64,000 nucleotides of DNA from an uncultured Candidatus Peribacteria bacterium (GTDB lineage Bacteria; Patescibacteriota; Gracilibacteria; Absconditabacterales; Absconditicoccaceae), in assembly GCA_964504915.1 (NCBI GenBank), contig CAZDFH010000006.1:4356-68355 (forward strand), read 5' to 3'. Shown piece by piece: positions 30,091 through 41,285 of the stretch. The notes below the pieces were generated by a model that was not told the DNA's origin, did not search any database, and saw only the letters and a program-made list of their open reading frames with translations. How positions within the stretch are numbered: the stretch's first letter is position 1; each line of letters opens with the position of its first letter. Position numbers and translations under genes: made by a program.

Positions 30091-31908
30091 ATGACTTTCG
30101 ATCATATCAAGAACCACATGGTTACCTATTTTCATAAGGTGAAGACATACACTCATCACCATCTGATCAAAAAATATTTTTTTATCGGAATTGTTATCTG
30201 AGTACTTTTGGGGTGGCGAATGCAATCAGGAAGTAGTACTGCTATCACTAATGTCTCTGAATATACAGTTGCTACCGGAAATATTCAAAATACCATTGAA
30301 GCCTATGGTAGTATTGAGCTCGTGGATGAGCAAAAGATTCGTTTCAATCAGCAATGAGATGTGACAGCAGTCTATTTTAGAAAAGGAGATACTGTCAAAA
30401 AATGAGATGTCATCGCAGAGCTGGATCAAAGTTCTGTCGAAAGCAATATTCTCCAAGCAGAGATTGGATTGGAAAATGCTAAGCTTCAATTGGACGAGAC
30501 ATTGAATGGGGATAGAAGTGCTCAGATATTACAAGCAGAAAATAATCTTGAACAGAGTAAACTAAAATTGGAGATTGCACAACAGGAGTATGATGACTTG
30601 TCATGAGATCAGACAAGTGTCGATACGGTCAGCGATACAGAGACTATTATGGCAAATGCTAGACTTGATGTGCAAAATTATATATTGGAATGAGGTAAAA
30701 CTATCAATCAAATCAATACCGACGTCCTCAATACCTATCAGTATCAACAATATATCTGAGGATCAACTTCTTCACTCAAACTTGCTGCTGATAATGCTAT
30801 TGCTGATGCATCTACTAAGTTGAAAGCATTGCAGTCGTATTTTGCTACGGGGATGACTTCTACTGATGATAGGAATTTACTTCTAGTTTGACTCAATTTG
30901 ACTAGAGAGCTCTATCAAGCACTTTATACTTCTGCTATAGATACCTATACTGCGCTGCAAAATAGCTCGTATGGTCAAGATTTTACACCGACGATGGCGA
31001 AAAATTTAGAGGATGAGATGTATACTCTAAGCACTAAGGTAAAGTCTTCATTGGAAGATATTACCAATACTATCAATCAGATTACCAAACTATCTAGCAC
31101 CAATGATGATAAAATTACCTTGGAGTCTAAGGCTAACGAAATCGCCAATCTCAAAAATACTATTATTATCCAAGAAAAGACATTGGAAACTACGAAAAAT
31201 TGAACGACAGAGCAGCAATTGCAAATCGCACAAAATGGCATTAGACAAAAAGAATTGGCACTTGAGCAAACCAAAAAAGATTTAGAAGATTTACAAATCA
31301 TTGCTCCATTTGATGGGACATTGAGAAAGATAGATTTCAAAGTGGGAGATAAAGTTACTTCCAGTGACGAAAAATATGTGTACTTAGAAAATCCAAATCT
31401 AGTAGAGGTGACGGTTCTTCTTGATCAGATAGATATCGTGAATGTACAGCCAGGAATGACTGTAGAAGTGGTGCTTGATTCCTATCCTAATGAAACGTTT
31501 GAATGAGTACTTGGTGATATCGATTCTACCCCTACTACGACTAATGGTGTTGTTTCGTATACCGTCAAAGTAGCCATAGACAAAGGAGAGAAGACGATGT
31601 ATTCGGGTATGACGGCGAGTGTGAAGATTATCATTGAAGACAAACAAAACGTTATTATTATTCCGACAACATATATTCAGTCTGTAGGAAATACAAAGTA
31701 TGTGTTGGATGCAGACGAAAAACAATTGCTGATAGAAGTGGGGTCAACAAATGGCACGATGACTGAAATTACCTCATGACTAACTGTTGGAACGATCATA
31801 AAAAAATCAATTACCGCAAGCACTTTCGCTAAATCTTCTACATCCATGATGTGAGGAATGTGAAGTATGGGCTGAGCTATGTGAGGTGGATGACCTCCAG
31901 GACAATAA
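30091..31908 (+). CDS. HlyD/MacA-type periplasmic adaptor (membrane fusion protein)
   Basis: It has an N-terminal TM segment, long coiled-coil segments, and the barrel motifs IIAPFDGTLRKIDFKVGDKV and VNVQPGMTVEVVLDSYPNETFEG. The frame was checked. The C-terminal tail is Met/Gly-rich. Confidence 0.75.
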
Positions 31909-31946
31909 CAAACAAGTAGAACTATTTATTTTTCATTATAGAAATA

Positions 31947-32624
31947 ATGCTCTTAGAACTCAAAAATATCATAAAAGATTATTACCTCTGAGCAGAGACG
32001 GTTGTTAATGTGCTTAAGTGAATCGACTTAAACATCGATGCAGGAGAATTTGTCAGCATTATGTGACACTCAGGAAGTGGAAAGTCGACGCTGATGAATA
32101 TTATCGGATTACTGGATACGACGACTACAGGAGAATATTTTTTTGAGGGCACAGACGTTGCTCGTTTAGACAGTGATCAGCACGCTACTATCCGTGGACA
32201 AAAAATAGGATTTGTATTTCAGACATATAATCTCATTCCCAGAAAATCTGCGTTAGAACAAGTCATGCTTCCATTGGCATATCAGTGAGTACCTAAGCAA
32301 GAAAGGATAGAAAGAGCGACTAAGGCATTAGAAAAAGTTTGATTGTGACATAGAATACATAATAAGCCAAATGAAATGTCATGAGGGGAACAACAAAGGG
32401 TCTCTATCGCAAGAGCATTAGTGATTAATCCATCAATTATTTTGGCAGATGAACCAACAGGAGCCTTGGATTCCAAGACGGGAAATGAAGTTATGGAGAT
32501 GATTACTACATTACATAAAGAATGAAAAACTATTGTTTTGATTACCCATGAAAAAGAAATTGCATTATATGCAAAAAGACATTTATACCTCAAAGACTGA
32601 CTATTCATAGATACTGTTTATTAA
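31947..32624 (+). CDS. ABC transporter ATP-binding protein (MacB/LolD type)
   Basis: Walker A [G]HSGSGKST, Q-loop, signature MS[G]GQQQRV, and Walker [12 protein letters not shown]. Confidence 0.9.
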
Positions 32625-32636
32625 TTTTTCATACAT

Positions 32637-33845
32637 ATGAACCTGCATGAACACTTCATCAATGCTAAGACAGATCTTAGTAGAAATAAACTTAGGACAT
32701 GACTCAGTATGCTTGGTATCATTATCTGAGTTTTTTCCGTAGTAGTGATGCTTGCTATAGGTAATGGAACTAAGCAGGATATTGTGAGTCAAATAGAGTC
32801 ATTGGGAACAAATCTTCTCAGTGTGACTCCATGATGAAGTAATAGAAATATGCGTAGAGCAGCGAGTACGACAGAATCTGCCACATTGGATGAATGAATG
32901 GTTAGTTACATCCAAGCAAATGTTTCCAATATCGGTGCTGTTGCTCCCACGATTAGTAATAGGAGCGTCGTTACCTACGGTGATTATACCACGAACGCGA
33001 CAGTAAATGGGGTCACTCCAGATTATCTTATAGTGAAAAATTTAACCGTAGCAGAAGGTTCTTTTATTACTGCTGATGATGTGGAGACATTGAATAAGTC
33101 GGCTGTCTTGGGACATGATATTGCAGAGACTATGTTCTGATCTTGAGTAGCAGCAGTAGATCCCATTGGAGAAAAAATAAAAATGGGAAATCTTGTCATG
33201 ACGGTAGTTGGAGTATTAGAAGACAATAGTATGTCTAATGATGCTCTGTTTGTCCCTATAACGACAGCTGAGACGAGATTGTTTGGTACTCATGATTACG
33301 CATCCATCTTACTTTCTGCCAAAGATACCACTATTGCAGAAACGACGAAAACAGAATTGGAAAATAGTCTGAGAAAATATTTATGATTGAGTGAAACTGC
33401 AACAGCAACATTCACTGTGCAAAGTCAAAGTGATATGATAGAGACAATGAGTAGTATTACCTGAGTGATGACCTGATTTCTTGCATGAATTGCTGCTATA
33501 TCATTATTGGTTTGAGGAATAGGTGTTATGAATATTATGCTTGTCTCAGTGACAGAAAGGACCAAAGAAATTGGTATCCGCAAAGCCATTGGAGCTCACA
33601 AAAAAGATATTATCTTACAATTTCTGACAGAATCTGTAGTGCTCAGCCTGATGGGATGAATTATATGAATCATTATGAGTTTTATCATAGTGTTTGTGAT
33701 TAATATATTTCTTACGGCTATCATCTCTATCGGAGCTGTGTTGCTCGCATTTTTTTCTGCTGTTGCTATAGGAATTGTCTTCTGAATATTGCCTGCAAAC
33801 AATGCTGCCAAGCTCAAACCTATCGAAGCATTGAGATATGAATAA
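32637..33845 (+). CDS. ABC transporter permease (MacB/FtsX family)
   Basis: It has a MacB_PCD-like periplasmic domain and an FtsX C-terminus ([20 protein letters not shown]...[17 protein letters not shown]). The joints were checked. Confidence 0.85.
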
Positions 33846-34140
33846 CCAAAAAAAGCTGAACATTTTCACGTATGACTTTATTTTCTAAAGGATTTTGTTT
33901 TTTTGTGGATAGGATTTTTTCATGTATTTTTCTCTGCTGAAATGACTATTGCGGAGCTGGATATCGTGTCGCATGTGAAGAATTCTAATATTTCTTAAAT
34001 CTGAAATTGGCTTCTATCCTATTGTTCTCTTACATAGTGTCCATTTTGCTTATTTCCAAAAATAGATATTTGTGAAAGAATTCACTGAAATGTGCTAACC
34101 AAAAGCTATCACAAAGTAATTTTTTTTAATGATTTTTCCG

Positions 34141-34168
34141 TTGCAAAGGGTATATAATACTATATATA
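34141..34168 (+). promoter_or_regulatory. Candidate promoter (TTGCAA-16-TATATA) overlapped by NrdR-like box 1
   Basis: Hexamers at 34141-34146 and 34163-34168. An alternative -10 TATAAT lies at 34153-34158. Confidence 0.4.
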
Positions 34169-34172
34169 GTGT
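34157..34172. promoter_or_regulatory. NrdR-box-like palindrome 1
   Basis: ATACTATATATAGTGT, compared with the NrdR box consensus (approximately acaCwAtATaTwGtgt). Confidence 0.55.
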
Positions 34173-34189
34173 GCACGATGGCGTGATAG

Positions 34190-34205
34190 ACACAAGATAT
34201 TGTAT
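34190..34205. promoter_or_regulatory. NrdR-box-like palindrome 2
   Basis: ACACAAGATATTGTAT, centred 33 bp from box 1 (about three helical turns), as is typical for paired NrdR boxes. Confidence 0.5.
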
Positions 34206-34293
34206 TATTATCAAGAAATGTAAATAGAATGGGAATGGTTTCAACTTGTTCCAACTGGTTGCAAATAGTCCCAAATTGTAATGGTTCCCGTTT

Positions 34294-34345
34294 GATACAC
34301 AATGTGTATCTACTTTGTGACAACGTTGTACCTACTTTGTGACAA
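34294..34345. promoter_or_regulatory. 17-nt palindrome GATACACAATGTGTATC plus two direct CTACTTTGTGACAA repeats
   Basis: The palindrome is at 34294-34310. The 14-nt direct repeats are at 34310-34323 and 34332-34345, just upstream of the nrdD ATG. Confidence 0.45.
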
Positions 34346-34401
34346 AGGTTTCAAATCTTAGATATAATTACTTTTTTAATTCTTATCACGCAACTGTACG
34401 T

Positions 34402-36600
34402 ATGGCTATCTACAAAATCAGGAAAAGAAATGGTGTTATCGTCTCTTTTGAGAGAGAAAAAATTGAAAATGCCATCAAAAGAGCATTCGAATCTGCAGGA
34501 GAAAAAGACCTGTCCGCTGTATCTACACTTACAGACAAGGTTGTCGACGAAGTGGAAAAGAAAATTGGTACGAATATTCCTGATATTGAGATTATCCAAG
34601 ATGCCGTAGAGATTGTCCTGATGAGGGAATGATATGAGACTGTAGCCAAGAGTTTCATTACCTATCGTGCTAAGAGAGCTGAGTTTAGAAGTGAAAAGGA
34701 GATCCTTCTTGACGTAGGAAATACGATGAATGAGTACCTTGATCATCTTGATTGGAGAATTAATGAAAATGCAAATATAGCTTATTCTATCTGAGGACTT
34801 ATTCTCAAAAATTCAGAGAAAATTACAGCAAATTACTGGCTTTCTCACGTCTATCCTGAAGAAATCGGCAATGCACATAGAAATGGAGATCTTCATATTC
34901 ATGATCTATGAATGTTTACTCCGTATTGTGCAGGACGAAGTCTGAGACAATTATTGGAAGAATGATTTAATGGTGTCGGTGGTAAAGTAGAATCTAATCC
35001 ACCAAAACATTTGCAGTCTGCTGTCAATCAAATGGTTAACTTTTTCTGAGTACTTCAGAATGAGCGAGTAGGTGCACAAGCATTTTCATCATTAGATACT
35101 TATTTAGCTCCATTCGTTCACAAATATTCAGAAGAATTGAGAGAAGAACTTGTGACGACACATGCACAATTTGCTAGTGAAGAAGAGAAAGAAGCATTTA
35201 TGGATAAGAAAATAAATAAGTACGTGTTACAAAATTTACAAAACTTTGTCTTCAACCTAAACACTCCATCCCGTCGAGGAACACAGACGCCGTTTACCAA
35301 TGTTACCTTGGATTGGACCTGTCCAGAAGATTTGAAAGATAAGGCATTATATTTGGGAGGTTTGTCTGAAGGCCCATACAAGAAGAAGTTCGGTGAACTA
35401 GAAAAAGAAATGAGGATCGTCAATAGAGCGTTGATCAAGGTATATACTCAATGAGATATGAATGGAAGAATATTTACCTTCCCTATCCCTACTTACAATA
35501 TTACAGAAGATTTCCCATGGGAAGATCCAGATGTAGATGCGTTGTTTGAGATGACTGCAAAATATGGTATTCCTTACTTCCAGAATTTCGTCTGATCACA
35601 ATATACTGTCGATGAAAAAGGTAATACTGTCGAAAATCCAAACGCATACAAACCAGGTAATGTAAGATCAATGTGTTGTAGATTACAATTGGATTTGAAG
35701 GCATTGGAGAAGAGAGGATGAGGACTATTTGGTTCTGCCGAGATGACCTGATCTGTAGGAGTAGTTACCTTGAATATGCCTAGGATAGGATACAATTTCA
35801 AAGATGATAAAGAATGATTTAAAGAGCAGGTTCGTTATCTGATGAACCTTGGAAAAAATTCTCTAGAGATCAAGAGAAAGGTCGTAAATAGATGGTTAGA
35901 TGCTGGTTTGTATCCATACACCAAGAGATACTTAGCATCATTTAGAAATCATTTCTCTACTATCGGACTCAATGGAATGAACGAAGCTATCCTCAATTTC
36001 ACCAATGGAAAAGAAGATGTATCTACCAAACGAGGAAGAGAATTCGCAGCTGAGATACTCGATTTTATGAGAGATGTCTTGACCGAATACCAAGAAGAAA
36101 CAGGTAACTTATATAATCTAGAAGCGACACCAGCAGAAGGTGTCTCATACAGACTTGCAAGAGAAGATAAGAAACAATTGCCTGGCATCATTCATGCAGG
36201 GACTAATGACGCTCCTTACTATACCAATTCTTCTCAGCTACCAGTGACCTTTACTGATGATGTCTTCGAAGCGTTGGATATCCAAGATGAATTGCAATGT
36301 AAGTATACTGGTGGAACAGTTTTCCATGTGTATTTGGGAGAAAGAATTACTGATGCAGATGCTTGTAAAGCATTAGTCAAGAAGTGTATGGGTAAATATA
36401 GAATGCCATATATCTCTATTACGCCTACCTTCTCTATCTGTCCAAAGCATGGATACATAGTCGGAGAACATGATTACTGTCCTATGTGTGACAAAGAGAT
36501 CTGATACACAGGAGCAGAATATGACTTGGAGACCAGAGATATCTTTACCGCCGACAAGAGTAAATTAGAAAAATTTAGAGAAGCAGAAATTTCTATCTAA
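34402..36600 (+). CDS. nrdD: Anaerobic ribonucleoside-triphosphate reductase (class III), lacking the glycyl-radical C-terminus
   Basis: It has an ATP-cone N-terminus and the motifs HIHDL, YCAG[CGA]SL, NE[CGA]VGAQAF, SMCCRLQLD and GSVGVVTLNMPRIGY, plus the Zn site CPKH..CPMC. The frame was checked and ends at TAA 36598-36600 with no RVxGY motif. Confidence 0.9.
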
Positions 36601-36639
36601 TCACTATAAAATTCTTTTATTCTATAAATCATCACGCAC

Positions 36640-36855
36640 ATGAGCGCAACATTTGTAAACAAAGATGGAAAAGAAGTAGAGAGAACAAGATGTCTTATCT
36701 ACACTCGCGTAGTAGGATTTTACAATCCTGTCAGCAATTTCAATATTGGTAAAAAAGGAGAATTTTATACAAGAAAGTATTTCAACGAAAAGAAATCTAT
36801 GAATTCTGAATTCTCAGCAAAGTATGCTCCCGCTGCTTGTCCTTGCTCTTGCTAA
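36640..36855 (+). CDS. Stand-alone glycyl-radical module (NrdD C-terminal domain homolog, 71 aa)
   Basis: CLIYTRVVGFYNPVSNFNIGKKGEFYTRKYF matches the NrdD C-terminal ..sRv.GY..pv..wN.GK..E...R.. glycyl-radical signature. It is in the same frame as nrdD but separated from it by three TAA codons. Confidence 0.7.
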   Translation: MSATFVNKDGKEVERTRCLIYTRVVGFYNPVSNFNIGKKGEFYTRKYFNEKKSMNSEFSAKYAPAACPCSC

Positions 36856-36860
36856 AAAAC

Positions 36861-36892
36861 AGTGAAGAGTGAAAAGTTAAAAGTGAAAAGTG
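36861..36892. repeat. GTGAAAAG-word repeat block
   Basis: AGTGAAGAGTGAAAAGTTAAAAGTGAAAAGTG, directly after the stop at 36855. A TTAACTATTAG/TTTTTAGTTATTCAC block follows at 36924-36954. Confidence 0.75.
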
Positions 36893-36957
36893 TCGGTATT
36901 TTGTACAAAAAAACTCCTTCGCTGTTAACTATTAGTTTTTAGTTATTCACTATCATA

Positions 36958-37407
36958 ATGGCTGAAGACAAAAAGAGAGTATGAGTAGGATTTGGAGTTA
37001 TGATCCTGAGAGATGGGAAAGTATTGCTCGGACAGAGACATCTAGATCCTGAAAAAGCTAGTTCTCTCATGCATGGAGAAGGTACCTGGACTATGCCAGG
37101 GGGCAAGACAGAATATCATGAGAGTTTTGAAGAGATGGCATACCGTGAGACATTAGAAGAGACATGATTAAAAATTAATCCAGATACTATGAAAATAATT
37201 AGCATTACTAATGATATAGTCCATGATAATCATTTCGTTACTATTGGGTTCCTGTGTACAGATGTGGAATGAGAACCCCAAGTTATGGAGCCAGATGAAA
37301 TTACTCAACGACAACGATTTTCCTTAGATAATTTACCATCGCCGATATTCTTTCCTAGTGAGAAAGTAATCAAGAATTATCTTGCGTGAACGGTTTACAA
37401 ATACTAG
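36958..37407 (+). CDS. NUDIX hydrolase
   Basis: Nudix box GGKTEYHESFEEMAYRETLEET[G]L (GX5EX7REUXEEXGU). Confidence 0.8.
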
Positions 37408-37436
37408 ATGTATGTGCATTTATTTACATATCATAT

Positions 37437-37625
37437 ATGATGACTAAAAAATATAAAAAGAACCCAAATACTCTTATAGTAGAAAATATTGAAAAATTGA
37501 TGGAAAGAAATGGTGGATATTGTCCTTGTCAGGTGGGAAAAAATGAAGATACGTTATGCCAGTGTAAAAAATTTAGAGAGGGGAATGGTTGCTGTTGTAA
37601 TTTGTATGTAGAGGATAATGAGTAA
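37437..37625 (+). CDS. Ferredoxin-thioredoxin-reductase catalytic-subunit-like protein
   Basis: GGYCPCQ-x9-CQC-x8-CCCNLY follows the CPC..CPC..CHC.LF pattern of FTR beta-type proteins. Confidence 0.55.
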   Translation: MMTKKYKKNPNTLIVENIEKLMERNGGYCPCQVGKNEDTLCQCKKFREGNGCCCNLYVEDNE

Positions 37626-37741
37626 ATTTCTGAAAAAGATACTACCCCAAAGTAAAGCGATGAGACAGAATCATATATATATCATTCTGTTTCTAAATCC
37701 TTTGCTTTTTTGTTTACTCTTTTATTTCTTTGTGTCCTGTG

Positions 37742-38002
37742 ATGGAAGACTTCTATGCTCAATTATTAGTAGCTCCCAAGTGGCATAATCAGGCATTTAT
37801 TCACAAGCAACTTGGCACTCATTTACTGGAATGTAAGAAGTTATTAGATATGTGAGATGGGCATTTGGCGGCGGAGCTTGTAGATCTGATCCAAATTGCT
37901 AAACTCTATTTGCATCATAGATTTACTCCTGAGCAACTGTCTGCACTAGTACAAAAAAGGTCTGATAGATTTATGGAAAAAATAGATCGAGATATGGAAT
38001 AG
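37742..38002 (+). CDS. Hypothetical small alpha-helical protein (possibly NTP-pyrophosphohydrolase-like)
   Basis: ATG at 37742 to TAG at 38000, with one TGA. It shows only weak resemblance to the MazG-like fold. Confidence 0.35.
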
Positions 38003-38024
38003 TTTTATCTGCTGTGTGCACTCT

Positions 38025-38453
38025 ATGAAAATTACTATCTGTGGAAGTTCTACCTTCAAGAAGGAGATGCTGGACTACGAAACTAGGTTGACTCAGTTAG
38101 GTCATGAAGTCATAGTTCATCCGGATTATGCTGCTTTTGTGAGAGGTGAGAAGCAAGATATTCGACATATGGTAGAACATGGGGAACATGCCAAGGCCAA
38201 AAGAGAAAATAATTATATTAGGCGATATCATAATGCTATCATGCAGAGTGATGCTGTGTTGGCTCTCAATTTTGATAAGAAGGATATCCCTCATTATATC
38301 GGTTGTAATACACTTATGGAAATAGCGTTTGCGTATACCGCAGACAAAAAAATATTCTTGCTGAATCCACTTCCCGACCAACCCTATATTCACGATGAGC
38401 TTACTGCTATGGATCCTATCGTGATCGACTGAGATTTATCTCGTATTGTATAA
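38025..38453 (+). CDS. Nucleoside 2-deoxyribosyltransferase-like protein, paralog 1
   Basis: The MKITICGS..F N-terminus and ..AVLALNFDK...YIG.NTLMEIAFAY...KIFLLNP are typical of the NDT/Rcl-like Rossmannoid family. Confidence 0.55.
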
Positions 38454-38455
38454 CT

Positions 38456-38869
38456 ATGAAAATTACTATTTGTGGCAGCTTGGCATTTGCAGAAAAAATT
38501 CTCGAGATAGAGAAAGAGCTTCAGGCATTGGGTCATAGTACGCTTATTCCTTTGGATACACATGTATTTCTCAATGAAGGAGCTGTCAATGATTGGACCG
38601 GACAGCCTGACTTTGGTAGAGAAGGTATGCTGGGTCACTATGAAAATATCGCTATAAGTGATGCCATCCTTGTTGTTAATTTCGATAAAAATGGAGTAAA
38701 AGGATATGTATGAGGGTCCACATTGATTGAAACGGGCATCGCTGCTCATCTCAAGAAAAAAATATTTTTGCTCAATGAAATCCCTAGTGAGGATGATCTG
38801 AGATATGCACAAGAAATAAAACTACTTCTACCAATTATCATTAATGGAGATCTCAGTAAAATTATATAA
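38456..38869 (+). CDS. Nucleoside 2-deoxyribosyltransferase-like protein, paralog 2
   Basis: MKITICGSLAF... AILVVNFDKNGVKGYV[G]GSTLIETGIAAHLKKKIFLLNE. It is a tandem paralog of 38025-38453. Confidence 0.55.
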
Positions 38870-38895
38870 GATTTTATCTACTACATTATATGCCC

Positions 38896-39216
38896 ATGAA
38901 ATTAAGCGAGATTGGAAAACAAACTCATGCTATTGAACAAGAAATAGGTGTTAATCTAGATGCTGTGATGCATAAGCTCACTCAGGAACTTGGAGAATTT
39001 AACGATGCTGTCCAGAAGTATAGATGAATACTTAGCAAGACAAAAACTGAAAATTTAGATAAGGTAGAGGATGAAGTTGGTGATCTTTTCTTCAATATCA
39101 TTTCTATCTTGTATAATCTTGGTATCAATCCTGATAGATTACCTGAATTTGCTGAAAATACTCTTCATAAATTGGAAGAGAGAAAAAATCTCTATAAGAC
39201 AAATATGCCCAAGTAG
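38896..39216 (+). CDS. MazG-like nucleotide pyrophosphohydrolase
   Basis: LTQELGEFNDAV ... VEDEVGDLFFNIISILYNLGINPD. Confidence 0.6.
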
Positions 39217-39236
39217 ATTTATTTATATCGAAGCTT

Positions 39237-39947
39237 ATGAAGATAGCGTGAATCCAGCAATCAAGTTTATTAGATTATCCAGGGCAAATTTCCTGTATCG
39301 TCTTTACCCCATGATGCAATTTCCGCTGTCATTTTTGTCATAATCCCGAATTAGTATTGCCTGAGCAGATGATGCTATTCCAAAATGATCATATCTCTGA
39401 AGAGGCATTTTTCAATTTCTTGGAAGGTAGGAAGTGACTTCTCGATGGTGTGACAATCTGTGGTGGAGAGCCTACTTTGCAAGCTGATTTGTTTGAGTTT
39501 GCGGAGAAGATCAAAAAGATGTGATTTCTAGTCAAGTTGGATACCAACGGGAGAGACTATGAGATCGTAGAAAAACTCATTCAGCATAAATTAGTTGATT
39601 ATGTGGCCATAGATCTCAAACACGTTCCCGCGTTTTATGAGAAGGCTGTCGGTGTGCCTCAGACCAATGATTTTTTTACAGAGTATAGGAAAATATTAGC
39701 ATTGCTTCGTACTGGTGTTGTGGAATATGAGTACAGGACTACTGTCGTGAAAGGAATGCATACGATTGTCGATATAGAAAAAATGGCCGAGTATGTGCAA
39801 GGTGTCGACCATTATTACTTACAAAATTATGTCTGATGAAATAGTCTAAATCCTGATTTTGGTGGCGAATCGTTTAGTGATGACGAATTGCTCGCCTTCC
39901 AAAGTGTGGCTTCTAGATATGTGAAACATTGCGGACTAAGAAAATAA
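39237..39947 (+). CDS. nrdG: Anaerobic ribonucleotide reductase activating protein (radical SAM)
   Basis: DYPGQISCIVFTP[G]CNFRCHFCHN (CxxxCxxC), GVTICGGEPTL and KLDTNG. It is in frame with track ORF 39537-39836, and the stop is TAA at 39945. Confidence 0.85.
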
Positions 39948-40006
39948 GATAACGGATAACGGTAAAAACGGATAACGGTTATCTGTTATCCCACAACTGT
40001 TATCCC
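39948..40006. repeat. GATAACGG-word block with inverted copies (convergent-gene junction)
   Basis: GATAACGG x3, followed by GTTATC / CTGTTATCC inverted words. It sits between the nrdG stop and the pduL stop. Confidence 0.8.
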
Positions 40007-40008
40007 CA

Positions 40009-40572
40009 TTAAACGATTTCTCCCCAACTTCATGCAGTAGCTCCTGCAGCATTGGCTTCTTCGATATCGATATGAAAATCTAATGCGTAGTCATCTCTTG
40101 CCCTGACGGCAACTTCTTCAAATATCAGTCCTCTTGGGCCGGATATTTTTATTTTTATCATATCTCCATTCCTTAGTCACATATCTTTTGATTCTCCAAT
40201 AGTGCAGTGGAGATGTCTTTTGGATACGATCATACCATTGTTTACATAGCATTCTCAGACTGGTCAGATCATATGTATGCTTTCAGCCTCAGTAAATTCT
40301 CCTGATATTTCTACAGGGGCATGAGTACCCAAAACGAAGTTATCTCCCATCATGATTTCTACTTGAGTTACCTTTCTTGTGGGGCCGACAATTCTTACAT
40401 TCTCAATTTTCCCTTTGGGGCCAGATAAAGTAACTGTTTCCTTACAGGCAAATTGGCCAGGTTGCGTGATATCTTTGAGTACGGTCAATTGGTATCATTT
40501 GCCAAAAAGTTTCTCTACGTCGACGGGACTGAGATGGACATGACGGTTGCTGATTCAGATAGGGATTCTCAT
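40009..40572 (-). CDS. pduL: Phosphate propanoyl/acetyl-transferase PduL
   Basis: ISNRHVHLS, QPGQFA..TVTL.GPKG, VGPTRKVTQVEI, and a second KRHLHC repeat. This is the typical duplicated PduL architecture. Confidence 0.8.
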
Positions 40573-40596
40573 CTAATCGGTTTAAAGGATTAAAAT

Positions 40597-40660
40597 AGAC
40601 GTAAGTATCAAGACGTAAGTATCAAGACAGAAGTCTTATGTCTTACGTCTCATGTCTTAT
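40597..40660. repeat. AGACGTAAGTATCA x2 plus inverted copies
   Basis: A tandem 14-mer at 40597-40624 is followed by AGACAGAAGTCT and TGTCTTACGTCT. The block overlaps the stop codon of the kinase-like gene. Confidence 0.8.
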
Positions 40661-41214
40661 TTCTCGATTTGTTTCATAATCTTATCGACCTGTTGGCGGA
40701 GCTCGTCGATAGTTCCATTATTTTCAATGACATAGTCAGCTAGATCTATACATGCTTGCAGATTCTGTTTATTTGGATCGTCGGAATTCATTTCTCTTTC
40801 TTCATTCTCTATGAATGTCGTATAGGGAACATGATCAGTTTCGCTTCCTCTTGCTCATATCCTTTCATATCTTATCCCTGGATCAGCTTCTACGGCGAAG
40901 AGATAAAATGGTCATTTCTCTTTAAATGTTTTGATTTCACCTACAGTTCTTACGCTTTCGATAACTGTGTTTTTCCCTGTCTCTTCTGCTTTGGTATATA
41001 AGTCACTCGCTATAAATCCAGGGCCATATTTTTCGCGAAGCTCGTTACCCATGATGACCATACTATCTCTGTTGTTTGGCATGCCTTTCTGAAGCATCTT
41101 TTCTATCAGATATGCTCTGACGGAGAAATGCTGGAATCCATATTTTTCTACTAAATATTCTACGACTGTCCCTTTCCCTGCGCCGAGGGTTCAAGTAATT
41201 CCAATAATAAGCAT
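40657..41214 (-). CDS. P-loop nucleoside/nucleotide kinase family protein
   Basis: MLIIGIT[G]TLGAGKGT Walker A, 185 aa. It looks like a dephospho-CoA or dNMP kinase; the substrate is unknown. Confidence 0.6.
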
Positions 41215-41285
41215 GTGTGTCTGTGTGAAGTAAAATCGTTCGTCATACTATATATTTCAGATAGAAAGTAAACGTGTTTTTTTGT

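Noticed and set aside
36598-36642. The nrdD split as a group I intron (as in phage T4 nrdD), a programmed frameshift or stop-codon readthrough.
   Set aside because: The gap is only 39 nt, too short for an intron. Both ORFs are already in the same frame, so no frameshift is needed. Three TAA codons intervene, which makes readthrough implausible. Sequencing error remains to be excluded with reads.
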